DNA of 64,000 nt from Bacteroidales bacterium (GCA_028709785.1 JAQUTK010000009.1:32200-96199), one strand, 5' to 3'; positions 8,079 to 17,669 are shown, numbered from the stretch's first letter. Made by a program: numbers and translations. The notes: generated from the letters alone by a model not told the origin.

Positions 8079-9560
8079 ATGAGAAGAATCTTTCTTTTTG
8101 TCTGCCTGACAATGTTTGCGCAGATAATGATAGCTCAGGAAATCCTTCCTTCCAATACACCTAATGAGTCTCAAAAACTCCTTCTGCAAAGAGGGTATGG
8201 AATGTTTATGCATTTCGGAGTGAATACTTTTTCCGGCGAGGAATGGTCGGATGGAACAGTACCAGCTCAAATGTACAATCCCACAAAGTTGGATTGCGAT
8301 CAATGGGTAAAGGTGGCACGTGATGCCGGCTTTCGCTATGTCTTGTTAATCACGAAACACCATGATGGATTTTGCCTTTGGGATAGTAAATATACAGACT
8401 ATGATGTGGCTTCATCCAAGGTACCAACGGATGTTGTCGCAGCAGTGTCAAAGGCTTGTAAGAAGTATGGTTTGAAATTTGCTATTTACTATTCTCTTTG
8501 GGACAGACATGATCCGTCGTATAAAGACAAGAATCCGGAGAAATATGTTGATTATATGGCAAACCAGTTGACCGAGTTACTTACAAATTATGGTCAGGTG
8601 TGCGAGCTATGGTTTGATGGGGGGTGGGACAGACTGCCGACAAACTGGAATTTACCTCGTATTTATTCTCTCGTGAAAAAGTTACAACCTACTTGTGCGG
8701 TCGGAGTGAATATTACGATTGTCAGGGAAGAAAATTCCAGAAAGACTGCTCCATTAGATTCCATGACAGTTGATAATAAATATTTCATACAGTATTTCCC
8801 GACAGATTTCCGCTTGTGGGATCCGATCATTGCCAATAAATCGGACAAAAAGCAATACCTATATAAAGGTAACTCCTATTATCTGCCCTTTGAACATACA
8901 ATTTGTTTGAGTAAACAGTGGAACTGGTTTCAGAAAGACCGCCCAATGCCTGTCCGCGATCTGGACGAACTGGAAGAACTCTTTTACTGGTGTACTGACA
9001 AAGACAACACGCTGGTCGTAAATGTACCACCCGATAAAACCGGAAGAATCAGAGAAAATGAAGCAGATGCGGTCATTTCGCTAGGCAGACGGTTGAATAT
9101 CCAAAAGAATAAACCATTACCCAGGAATGGAAAATTCATTTCCTTTGCTGCAGAGGCCTCTGCCAGTTCGGTGTATCAATCAGATCACCTGCATTATGGT
9201 GCTCAAATGGCCGTGGATGGAGGAATGCAGACAAGATGGGCATCAGAAGATTCGTTGCCTGAATTGGTGATTCAACTGAATGAAAAGGATCGTTTTAATA
9301 AGATCTCCATCTTTGAATACTGCGATGTAAAAAACTCTGCGGATGGTTTTTCAAATGTAAGAGTCAATCGCATTCAATCATATACCATTGACATCTGGAA
9401 AGACAATAGCTGGAATACAATTTATACAATAGACGAACCTATGGGAGACTGCAAGGTGATTCGTTTTCCACGTTATTATCAGACTTCTAAGATCAGACTC
9501 AAGGTATTGAGATCCATTGCTCCACCCTCCATTTATGAGTTTAATGTGATTGATTTTTAA
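8079..9560 (+). CDS. Alpha-L-fucosidase, GH29, with C-terminal F5/8 type C (discoidin) module
   Basis: Signal peptide MRRIFLFVCLTMFAQIMIAQ. The GH29 core motifs are GMFMHFGVNTFSGEEW and ITKHHDGFCLWDSKYTDYDV. The C-terminal part ...MAVDGGMQTRWAS...IRLKVL... is discoidin-like. Confidence 0.9.
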   Translation: MRRIFLFVCLTMFAQIMIAQEILPSNTPNESQKLLLQRGYGMFMHFGVNTFSGEEWSDGTVPAQMYNPTKLDCDQWVKVARDAGFRYVLLITKHHDGFCLWDSKYTDYDVASSKVPTDVVAAVSKACKKYGLKFAIYYSLWDRHDPSYKDKNPEKYVDYMANQLTELLTNYGQVCELWFDGGWDRLPTNWNLPRIYSLVKKLQPTCAVGVNITIVREENSRKTAPLDSMTVDNKYFIQYFPTDFRLWDPIIANKSDKKQYLYKGNSYYLPFEHTICLSKQWNWFQKDRPMPVRDLDELEELFYWCTDKDNTLVVNVPPDKTGRIRENEADAVISLGRRLNIQKNKPLPRNGKFISFAAEASASSVYQSDHLHYGAQMAVDGGMQTRWASEDSLPELVIQLNEKDRFNKISIFEYCDVKNSADGFSNVRVNRIQSYTIDIWKDNSWNTIYTIDEPMGDCKVIRFPRYYQTSKIRLKVLRSIAPPSIYEFNVIDF

Positions 9561-9573
9561 AACAACAGATGCG

Positions 9574-10989
9574 ATGAATATAACATTGATAAAGGCGTTG
9601 GCGCTGTCGGTTGGAGCAATGAGTGCAAATGACATCTTTGCAAAGAAACAACCCAATTTTATTGTTATACTCATGGATGATATGGGATATGGTGATTTGA
9701 GAGCGAATGGTGCTATTGGATATGAAACACCCAACATAGACCGTCTGGTGAATGAGGGAATGCGTTTTACCCGTTTTTACTCGCCTCAAGCTGTGAGTGG
9801 AGCTTCCAGAGCCGGACTTCTTACTGGTTGTTATCCCAATCGAATAGGTATTAGCGGAGCACCGGGTCCCGGGTCTGAGACGGGGATTCATGAAGATGAA
9901 ATGACAATCGCAGAGATACTCAAGCCCAAGGGCTATAGATGTGCCGCTTATGGGAAGTGGCATCTGGGCGATCAGACTCAATTTTTACCTACTCATAACG
10001 GTTTTGATGAATACTACGGTATTCCTTATTCCAATGATATGTGGCCTAATCACCCTACCTATAAATTTCCTTCTCTGCCACTTATTGAGGGTGATAAGAC
10101 CATTGAGCTTGATCCTGATCAGAGTCGTTTTACTACTGACTTCACCCATAGGGCGGTCGAGTTTATCGGTAAAAACAAGAAGAACCCATTTTTCCTCTAC
10201 CTGGCTCATCCGATGCCTCATGTTCCTTTATCAGTTTCGGATAAGTTTAAAGGTAAAAGTCAACAGGGACTCTATGGGGATGTGATGATGGAGCTGGACT
10301 GGAGTATCGGACAGATTATGGAAAAACTCAAAAAAGAGGGACTGGATAAGAATACCTTGGTTGTTGTGCTTTCAGATAATGGGCCCTGGCTGAATTATGG
10401 AAATCATGCTGGCACGACCGGTGGTCTTAGAGAAGGGAAGGGTACCAGTTTTGAGGGTGGACAGCGTGTTCCATGTGTCATGCATTGGACGGGAACTATT
10501 CAGGAAGGATCTATCTGTAATAAACTTTCATCTGCGATTGACCTGTTGCCGACATTTGCCTTTCTTGCTGATGCCAAACTTCCCGGACATACCATTGATG
10601 GTGTCAATTTAATGCCTTTACTAAAGCAGGAGCCGGATGCTAATCCCAGAACTTCATTCTATTATTACTATAGAGAAAATGATCTGGAAGCTGTGACTGA
10701 TGGTGAGTTCAAGTTAATCTTTCCGCACACACATCGAACGTATGAAAAGTTTATTCCCGGCAATGATGGCACTCCCGGTCAGGTAGAGGAATATCATAAT
10801 CTCCAAGAGAAACTTTTGTTTGATCTCCGTCGTGATCCGGGTGAACGATATAATGTCATTGGACAATATGGTGACGTGGCTGCTCGTTTGGAACGTATGG
10901 GGCAAGAAGCCCGCGAGGAGTTAGGTGATAACATTACCAAAGTAAAAGGGAAAAATGTGCGACCTATTGGTAGAGTGAAGAAACCTTAG
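9574..10989 (+). CDS. Sulfatase (arylsulfatase-A-like, Ser-type formylglycine motif)
   Basis: The N-terminus is MNITLIKALALSVGAMSA, followed by NFIVILMDDMGYGD. The FGly motif is the variant S-G-A-S-R followed by AGLLTG. GKWHLG and a C-terminal sulfatase-like region are also present. Confidence 0.9.
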   Translation: MNITLIKALALSVGAMSANDIFAKKQPNFIVILMDDMGYGDLRANGAIGYETPNIDRLVNEGMRFTRFYSPQAVSGASRAGLLTGCYPNRIGISGAPGPGSETGIHEDEMTIAEILKPKGYRCAAYGKWHLGDQTQFLPTHNGFDEYYGIPYSNDMWPNHPTYKFPSLPLIEGDKTIELDPDQSRFTTDFTHRAVEFIGKNKKNPFFLYLAHPMPHVPLSVSDKFKGKSQQGLYGDVMMELDWSIGQIMEKLKKEGLDKNTLVVVLSDNGPWLNYGNHAGTTGGLREGKGTSFEGGQRVPCVMHWTGTIQEGSICNKLSSAIDLLPTFAFLADAKLPGHTIDGVNLMPLLKQEPDANPRTSFYYYYRENDLEAVTDGEFKLIFPHTHRTYEKFIPGNDGTPGQVEEYHNLQEKLLFDLRRDPGERYNVIGQYGDVAARLERMGQEAREELGDNITKVKGKNVRPIGRVKKP

Positions 10990-10998
10990 AAAACTAAT

Positions 10999-13290
10999 AT
11001 GATGAAAACGAACTATTTGATTATTGCCTTCTTGCTGTTTTTACTGCCTGTTAGTGCAAAGAAAACACTTACGCTGACTCCGTCGGCATACGACCTTCGT
11101 TTTAATGATCTTGCCACGACTTGGGATGAAGGAATGCCTTTAGGCAATGCGGTGGTAGGATCGCTCATCTGGGAGAAAGAAGCTTCTCTCCGCATGTCGC
11201 TCGATCGGATTGATCTGTGGGATTTGCGTCCTTCAGATAGTATTTCCGGCGTTACTAACCGTTTCAGCTGGGTCTATGACCAGGTGATGAAGAAGGACTA
11301 TTTACCCGTGCAAAAGAAGTTTGACCACCCGTATGATAATCAGGCCGCTCCATCCAAGATACCGGGTGCGGGACTGGAATTCAAACTGAATAAGTTGGGT
11401 AAACCTCAACGGGTGCAGCTTTATCTGAACAATGCGGTATGTGAGGTGACATGGAGTAATGGCGCCCGGTTGCAGACCTTTGTTCATGCCACCGAACCCA
11501 TCGGATGGTTCCGGATAGAGTCTGCGGATGGTCTGGGACTACCCGAACTGATTCCTCCCGTGTATAACAGCAATGAGGGAACCATAGAGGATTTAGGTCC
11601 GGTGACCGGACAGGATTTGCGGAGACTGGGATACGAACAGGGTAAGGTAACTCAAACGGGTAATATGATAGTTTATCATCAGAAAGGCTGGGGCGATTTC
11701 TCGTACGACGTGGCAGTGAGATGGGAAAAGAAAGGAAACACACTGACCGGTGTCTGGAGCGTAACCTCTTCTCTCTCGGGACAATCTGCGACGGATATCG
11801 TCAATGAGGCGTTTCGTCGCGGTATCTTTGCCGATTATTCAACTCATCTCACCTTCTGGAAAAATTATTGGAACCAGTCTTCTGTCTCTCTTCCGGATAC
11901 CGTACTTGCCAAACAATATGCCAATGAGATGTATAAATTCGGTTCGGCGGCACGTGCGTATTCGTATCCAATCCCTCTTCAATCTGTCTGGACAGCAGAC
12001 AACGGCAAACTGCCACCCTGGAAGGGTGACTACCATCACGACTTGAACACGCAGCTCAGCTACTGGCCTTGCTACACCGGCAATCACCTGACTGAGGGAC
12101 TTGGCTATCTCAATACTTTGTGGAATCAACGGGATGTTTATAAACAATATACCCGACAATATTTCGAAAAGGATGGGATGAATGTGCCCGGCGTTTGTAC
12201 ATTGACAGGTGCTCCGATGGGCGGATGGATTCAGTATTCTATGTCGCCGACAGTAGGAGCATGGCTCGCACAACATTTTTACTTGCATTATAAGTACTCA
12301 GGCGATCGTGTTTTCCTGAAAGAGAGGGCTTATCCCTATCTGAAAGAGGTAGTTACTTTTCTCGAGCAGTTTACCAAGCTAAATGAGAAGGGAACGCGTA
12401 CCTTGCCGCTGAGCTCCAGTCCGGAAATCAATGATAACAGTATAAATGCCTGGTTTAAGGAGATGACAAATTATGATCTGGGACTCATCCGCTTTGCTTT
12501 TACGGCTACTGCCGAACTGGCAACGGACTTACAGTTGACGGATGAGGCGAATCACTGGAAGGATGTCTTGCGTCAGTTCCCTGATTTTGATCTGGATGAT
12601 ACGATGGGACTTACTTTTGCGAAGGGATTCCCATACAACCAGTCTCACCGCCATTTTTCCAATGCAATGGCTATCCATCCGCTGGGTATCATTGACTGGA
12701 GTAAGGGGGAAAGGGATCAGAAGATCATCAGGGCAACCATTGCCAACTTTGAAAAGTTTGGTCCAGATTATTGGTGCGGCTATTCCTACAGTTGGTTTGG
12801 AAACATGAAAGCGCGCGCTATGGATGGCGAAGGTGCTGCCAAGGAGCTACGTACTTTTGCGGAGTGCTTCTGTCTGCGTAATACCTTTCATGCCAATGGA
12901 GATCAGACAAAAAGTGGAAAATCACTGTTTACCTATCGGCCTTTTACGCTCGAGGGAAATTTTGCTTTTGCGGCAGGCATTCAGGAGATGTTGCTTCAGA
13001 GTCATACCGGCATCGTTCGTCTGTTCCCCGCTATACCAGCCGACTGGAAGGAGGTTTCTTTTACGAAACTACGTGCTTACGGAGCCTTTCTGGTTTCTGC
13101 CGAACGAGAAGGAGGCAACGTGCAACGCGTAGAGATCATTGCCGAACAAGGCGGACTGCTTCGCATCGCCAATCCTTTTGGCTCCGGATTGTATAAGACG
13201 CAAGGTGTTTCCGGAGGTGTCACCGAAAAAGACGGAGTGCTCGAGTGTAATACCAAACCCGGACAAAAGATCCGATTAATCAAAAAATAA
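10999..13290 (+). CDS. GH95-like six-hairpin glycosidase (alpha-L-fucosidase/alpha-L-galactosidase family-like)
   Basis: Signal peptide MMKTNYLIIAFLLFLLPVSA. The N-terminal WDEGMPLGNAVVGSLIW...DRIDLWD resembles the GH95 N-domain. PFTLEGNFAFAAGIQEMLLQSHTGIVRLFPAIPADW resembles the GH95 PFQIDGNFG...EMLLQS...LLPALP block. Confidence 0.7.
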   Translation: MMKTNYLIIAFLLFLLPVSAKKTLTLTPSAYDLRFNDLATTWDEGMPLGNAVVGSLIWEKEASLRMSLDRIDLWDLRPSDSISGVTNRFSWVYDQVMKKDYLPVQKKFDHPYDNQAAPSKIPGAGLEFKLNKLGKPQRVQLYLNNAVCEVTWSNGARLQTFVHATEPIGWFRIESADGLGLPELIPPVYNSNEGTIEDLGPVTGQDLRRLGYEQGKVTQTGNMIVYHQKGWGDFSYDVAVRWEKKGNTLTGVWSVTSSLSGQSATDIVNEAFRRGIFADYSTHLTFWKNYWNQSSVSLPDTVLAKQYANEMYKFGSAARAYSYPIPLQSVWTADNGKLPPWKGDYHHDLNTQLSYWPCYTGNHLTEGLGYLNTLWNQRDVYKQYTRQYFEKDGMNVPGVCTLTGAPMGGWIQYSMSPTVGAWLAQHFYLHYKYSGDRVFLKERAYPYLKEVVTFLEQFTKLNEKGTRTLPLSSSPEINDNSINAWFKEMTNYDLGLIRFAFTATAELATDLQLTDEANHWKDVLRQFPDFDLDDTMGLTFAKGFPYNQSHRHFSNAMAIHPLGIIDWSKGERDQKIIRATIANFEKFGPDYWCGYSYSWFGNMKARAMDGEGAAKELRTFAECFCLRNTFHANGDQTKSGKSLFTYRPFTLEGNFAFAAGIQEMLLQSHTGIVRLFPAIPADWKEVSFTKLRAYGAFLVSAEREGGNVQRVEIIAEQGGLLRIANPFGSGLYKTQGVSGGVTEKDGVLECNTKPGQKIRLIKK

Positions 13291-16200
13291 ATGATAATTA
13301 CCATGAATAGAATGATTCTTTCTCTGACTGTTTTTTTGTGTTGCTTCACTTTTAATCTCTTTTCTTCTGCTGCATCCGGTGACAAAGAGGTAATGCGGGT
13401 GATGTCCTATAATGTACGGAACTGTCGGGGATTGGATGACCAGACTGATTACAAACGTATCGCAAAGATTATCAAACAGGCGGATCCCGATGTTATCGCC
13501 TTACAGGAACTGGATAGTGCTACCACTCGCAACAACGGCGTGTTTGCCTTGGGAGAGCTCGCTAAACAAACCCGCATGCATCTGCAATATGCACCGGCTA
13601 TTGAGTATCAGGGAGGAAAGTATGGCATCGGTATCTTATCAAAAGAAAAACCCTTGCATACCCGGATCTATTCTCTTCTGGGCAGAGAGGAGAAGCGCGC
13701 TTTACTGATTGTGGAGTTTGAAAAATATGTCTTTTGTGCCACTCATTTCTCCTTGACGGAAGAAGACCAGATAGCTTCTGTTGCTGTGATTAAGGATGCC
13801 TTGAAGGGGGTAAACAAACCTGTGTTTCTTGCCGGAGATATGAATTCAGAGTATTTCTCCACCACGCAAAGAGCTTTACGGGAAAATTTTCAGCTGTTGA
13901 ATGATCCGACAAAGAATACATTTCCGGCAAATGCTCCGAACTGTTGCATTGATTATATATACGCTCTTAAAAGTAGCACCACAACGTTTTCAGTAGTACG
14001 TAATGAAGTACTGGAAGAAAAGGTCGCTTCGGACCATCGTCCACTCTTTACTGATGTAAGAATTGTTTCAAACAAGAGTGTGAGTCAGAAGGAGATGGCG
14101 CGTATCCATCTGACTATGAATACCGACTGGGCTTTTTACCGGGGAGATGTGTCAAACGGTCAGGAGGTAAAGCTCGACGATTCAAAATGGATCCCTGTTG
14201 CACTGCCGCATATCATGCAGCTGGAAAAGAAACATTGCGGTGGAAATGGCATTTATGATGGAATCGGTTGGTACCGCAGGTATTTTAAGTTGCCGGAGAG
14301 CTATAAAGGAAAGCGAATCGTGGTCTCTTTTGAGGGAGTAATGACTTCGTGTGAGGTCTATGTCAATGGAATGAAAGTGGCGGAAAATCATGGTGGGTAT
14401 ATCGGACTGAATGCCGATATAACGGATAAGATAGCGTGGGGTAAAACCAATTTGCTGGCGGTAAGAGTATCTGCAAAGTATGATCCGCTGACTCCTCCCG
14501 GCAAACCGCAAGGATCAATGGACTTCTATTATTACAGTGGTATATACCGTGATGCTGAGATGATCGTGACTGACAAACTGCATGTGACGGATGCTCTCAG
14601 TGAAAATGTAGTGGCCGGCGGAGGTGTTTTTGTAACTTATCCGGTGGTCGATAAAAAGGAAGCAAAAATACATGTCAAGACGCATCTCCGGAATGGATAT
14701 GAGATTCCCCGGAAGGGCAAATTGCGGACCCGACTGATTGACAAACAGGGGAAACCGGTTGTTGAGTCGGAAACTTCTTTTGATCTGAAAGGAATGAAGG
14801 AATGTTCCGTGGAACAGGATCTGATGGTGAAGAATCCTTTGTTGTGGCATCCCTATCATCCGAATTTGTATACGTTAGAAACACAGGTTCTGTCTGGTGG
14901 AAAGGTTGTGGACGATTATTCGCAACAGATCGGCATACGGACGATCCGCTATTCGACGGAAGAGGGTTTCTTTATCAACGGTGAATACCTGTATCTACGG
15001 GGAGCCAACCGGCATCAGGCATTCCCGAATGTGGGTGATGCAGCATCCAATTCGATGCAGGAGCGGGATGTGATTGATATAAAGCGAGGCGGAATGAATG
15101 CGGTACGTGCTGCTCATTATCCACAGGATCCGGCGTTTCTTGCGGCATGTGACAAATATGGATTGTTGGTGGTGGAATGTATTCCCGGCTGGCAGTATTT
15201 CAATAAGGATTCCGTGTTTATCAAACGACTTTTTGAGGTGGAGCGCAGGATGATTCGAAGGGATCGTAATCATCCATCTATTGTGCTTTGGGAAACAGCG
15301 CTGAATGAGTCCCGTTATCCCGTTGAACTGGCTGCCGAGATTCAAAATATAGCCCATACGGAGTATCCGGGGAGTCAGATGTACACGGCGGGCGATTATT
15401 ACGGCAACTCGAATATGAAGGATTATTATGATGTGTTTTACAAACAGATAGCCAGTTCGCGGAAAGATGGCAACGTGATGAACAACCATTTGGAAGATCA
15501 AATTGCCGTGAAGCCACTTCTTACCCGTGAATGGGGAGATGGTGTAGGAGAAAAGCCACGGGTAAGTCTGATGGAGAACGAAGAGGAACAGATGAAGCAG
15601 TGTCGCAGCCGTTTCGAACAGTTGAATGGGAATGGCTATTTTGACTGGTGCATGCTGGATGCCAATCCACGTATGGCCGGCCATTTTGTGTGGAGTTATA
15701 ATGATTATGCGCGGGGATGCTGCGAAGAGACACTGTTTTGTGGTGTTGTCGATATCAATCGGTATCCGAAGTTCAGCTATTATATGATGCAAAGCATGCG
15801 CGATAAGACGATTTCCCAGCCGGATTTGTATGATGGCCCCATGGTGCATCTGGCTTCCTATAATGCCTCGCCCTCTTTTGCTTCTTCCACCACCGATATC
15901 ACAGTCTTCTCCAATTGTGACAGCGTCAAACTGTACCGGAATGGAACGTGTATCGGTACTCAGACTCGCGCCGGACGTACTTCCTTGTATAAGCCCATTG
16001 TGGAAAAAGGTGGAAGTCCCTGTTATATCTTTGATGCGGGTCGTTATGAGAGTGGCGAACTGAAAGCGGAAGGTTTTATGGATGGAAAAGTAGTCGCAGA
16101 GCATCGGACGCGCACTCCTGAGCAGCCGCATCATATTGAGGTCATGGTTCACGATAATGGTATTGCTCCTGTCGCTGATGGCAGTGATATGATTCCTGTT

Positions 16201-16938
16201 TACTTTAAAGTGTGCGACAAGAACGGTACGCTGGTACCCACTTCGGATGCAACAATCCGCATCTCTGTCTCAGGTGAGGGTGCTCTGATTGGTGATGGCA
16301 TCGAACGGGTAGGTATCTCTTCGCAGCAAGTGGAAGGTGGTATCGGTTTTGCTTTTGTCCGCACGACCAAGAGCTCAGGTACGATTACAATCAAAGCAAC
16401 AGGTGACGGACTTGCTGAAGGAAAGGCAAGTGTACAGAGTTTGCCGTTCAGAGGAACTTCTTTGGCTGACGGTGAGCATACAACCTTTGCAGGAGTGGAA
16501 GAGTCGGGTGTCACATTGAAACAGACCCCTTGGGAAAAAACAATCCTCTCAAAGCCTGTGCTGCCGGTGAAGGAAGTGATTGTTGTGGGTACTGAACAAG
16601 AAGCATATCCGGCCTCCAATATTGTAGATGGTAACGATAAGAGTTGGTGGATTGCCAATGAAGAGCGCTTCCCACAAGTCATCATGCTGGCTTTGAAAGA
16701 ACCGGCATACGTATCAGCCTGTCGTATTTTATTTCAGAAAGACAGTTCATCCTACAAACATAAAGTGGAGATATCTTCTGATGGAAAGAAATGGAGTACG
16801 TTGTATGAACGGGAGTGTACCGGTTGGGATTTCAAACCGCAGCCCGTTGAGAAAGAAATCAAATGTCTGAGGCTGACTATTACCCATGTTTCAGAGGGAA
16901 GAGCCGGTCTGGGCGAGATTACCTTGTTTGGAAAATAA
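13291..16938 (+). CDS. Fusion protein: N-terminal endonuclease/exonuclease/phosphatase (EEP) domain, GH2 glycosidase, and C-terminal F5/8 type C module
   Basis: The EEP part reads VMSYNVRNCRG...VIALQELD...AGDMNS...ASDHRPLFTDV (aa about 35-255). The GH2 part reads GIGWYRRYF...VSFEGV...VYVNG, NAVRAAHYPQDPAFLAACDKYGLLVVEC and RDRNHPSIVLWETALNES. The discoidin tail reads ...IVDGNDKSWW...LRLTI.... The start could instead be 13303 or 13312. There is zero-nt spacing from the upstream stop. Confidence 0.85.
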   Translation: MIITMNRMILSLTVFLCCFTFNLFSSAASGDKEVMRVMSYNVRNCRGLDDQTDYKRIAKIIKQADPDVIALQELDSATTRNNGVFALGELAKQTRMHLQYAPAIEYQGGKYGIGILSKEKPLHTRIYSLLGREEKRALLIVEFEKYVFCATHFSLTEEDQIASVAVIKDALKGVNKPVFLAGDMNSEYFSTTQRALRENFQLLNDPTKNTFPANAPNCCIDYIYALKSSTTTFSVVRNEVLEEKVASDHRPLFTDVRIVSNKSVSQKEMARIHLTMNTDWAFYRGDVSNGQEVKLDDSKWIPVALPHIMQLEKKHCGGNGIYDGIGWYRRYFKLPESYKGKRIVVSFEGVMTSCEVYVNGMKVAENHGGYIGLNADITDKIAWGKTNLLAVRVSAKYDPLTPPGKPQGSMDFYYYSGIYRDAEMIVTDKLHVTDALSENVVAGGGVFVTYPVVDKKEAKIHVKTHLRNGYEIPRKGKLRTRLIDKQGKPVVESETSFDLKGMKECSVEQDLMVKNPLLWHPYHPNLYTLETQVLSGGKVVDDYSQQIGIRTIRYSTEEGFFINGEYLYLRGANRHQAFPNVGDAASNSMQERDVIDIKRGGMNAVRAAHYPQDPAFLAACDKYGLLVVECIPGWQYFNKDSVFIKRLFEVERRMIRRDRNHPSIVLWETALNESRYPVELAAEIQNIAHTEYPGSQMYTAGDYYGNSNMKDYYDVFYKQIASSRKDGNVMNNHLEDQIAVKPLLTREWGDGVGEKPRVSLMENEEEQMKQCRSRFEQLNGNGYFDWCMLDANPRMAGHFVWSYNDYARGCCEETLFCGVVDINRYPKFSYYMMQSMRDKTISQPDLYDGPMVHLASYNASPSFASSTTDITVFSNCDSVKLYRNGTCIGTQTRAGRTSLYKPIVEKGGSPCYIFDAGRYESGELKAEGFMDGKVVAEHRTRTPEQPHHIEVMVHDNGIAPVADGSDMIPVYFKVCDKNGTLVPTSDATIRISVSGEGALIGDGIERVGISSQQVEGGIGFAFVRTTKSSGTITIKATGDGLAEGKASVQSLPFRGTSLADGEHTTFAGVEESGVTLKQTPWEKTILSKPVLPVKEVIVVGTEQEAYPASNIVDGNDKSWWIANEERFPQVIMLALKEPAYVSACRILFQKDSSSYKHKVEISSDGKKWSTLYERECTGWDFKPQPVEKEIKCLRLTITHVSEGRAGLGEITLFGK

Positions 16939-16983
16939 GAGACGGTTTCCGGTTTCTAAAACAGTCAGTTTATTAGCAACCTT

Positions 16984-17048
16984 ATAACTCTTTTGCGGCA
17001 AACGAAAAAGTATCGAAAGATCAGCTTTTTATGTCACAAAAGAGTTAT
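16984..17048. promoter_or_regulatory. Perfect 12-bp inverted repeat with 41-bp spacer; right arm overlaps a -7 box
   Basis: ATAACTCTTTTG (16984-16995) and CAAAAGAGTTAT (17037-17048) are exact reverse complements. A direct repeat TTTGCGGC overlaps the 3' end of the left arm (16992-16999) and lies just downstream of the right arm (17050-17057). Confidence 0.35.
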
Positions 17049-17053
17049 CTTTG
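17046..17053 (+). promoter_or_regulatory. Candidate -7 promoter box (TATCTTTG)
   Basis: Exact TAnnTTTG match, 50 nt upstream of the ATG at 17103. Confidence 0.4.
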
Positions 17054-17102
17054 CGGCCATATAATAGATACTCTGTATCAGAACCTACTAATTACTTTTT
17101 TT

Positions 17103-17660
17103 ATGAGAAAACTGTTTCTTCCATTTCTGCTTTGTGTAGGGATGCTTTCCGCATCCGCTCAAAACAAGAAAATCCTTAAACTTAAGATCGCACAGCCCGC
17201 TGAATTGCAGGTGACAGCGACCGGAAATCCCGAATACAAGGGGGATTCTACCAAGCTGGCTGTGACGGGTGGCACACCTGATTATTCATTTACATGGGGT
17301 AATGAGGTGGTAACTACTGACAGCACATCCTATGATGTGACTGTGACCGATGCCAACAACTGCACGGCATCTACAACAATCAAAATTACGGCGACACCAA
17401 TCGAGGAGATCCCGGTCAGACTGCGTGTCTATCCTAATCCGGCTACTGATGTGATTTATGTTCCTTTGGAGGGTAGTGGTAAAGTGATGACAATAGCCTT
17501 GCTGAATGTAAAAGGTCAGCTAATTTCCAGCAAGATTGTAAAAGGAGAGGAAGCAGCTTCGGTCGTTGCCCTTTCGCTGAATGGTGTTGCTCCGGGAACT
17601 TATTTTGTACGGGTAACCGGTAACGGTAAACCTATCACTCATTCTGTCATCATTAAATAA
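17103..17660 (+). CDS. Small secreted protein: SprB-like repeat plus T9SS type-A C-terminal sorting domain
   Basis: Signal peptide MRKLFLPFLLCVGMLSASAQ. VTGGTPDYSFTWGN...YDVTVTDANNC resembles an SprB repeat. The C-terminus VYPNPATDVIYV...GTYFVRVTGNGKPITHSVIIK is a classic T9SS CTD. Confidence 0.8.
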   Translation: MRKLFLPFLLCVGMLSASAQNKKILKLKIAQPAELQVTATGNPEYKGDSTKLAVTGGTPDYSFTWGNEVVTTDSTSYDVTVTDANNCTASTTIKITATPIEEIPVRLRVYPNPATDVIYVPLEGSGKVMTIALLNVKGQLISSKIVKGEEAASVVALSLNGVAPGTYFVRVTGNGKPITHSVIIK

Positions 17661-17669
17661 CGTACGGCT

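Noticed and set aside
14995-16152. 385-aa ORF on the minus strand
   Set aside because: It lies entirely antisense within the GH2 portion of 13291..16938, which has clear family motifs. The product is low-complexity and rich in His, Ile and Arg, with no recognisable domain. It is a shadow ORF.
16984-17048. 12-bp inverted repeat considered as an invertible promoter (inverton)
   Set aside because: The invertible segment would be only 41 bp, far shorter than known Bacteroides invertons. No site-specific recombinase gene is nearby.
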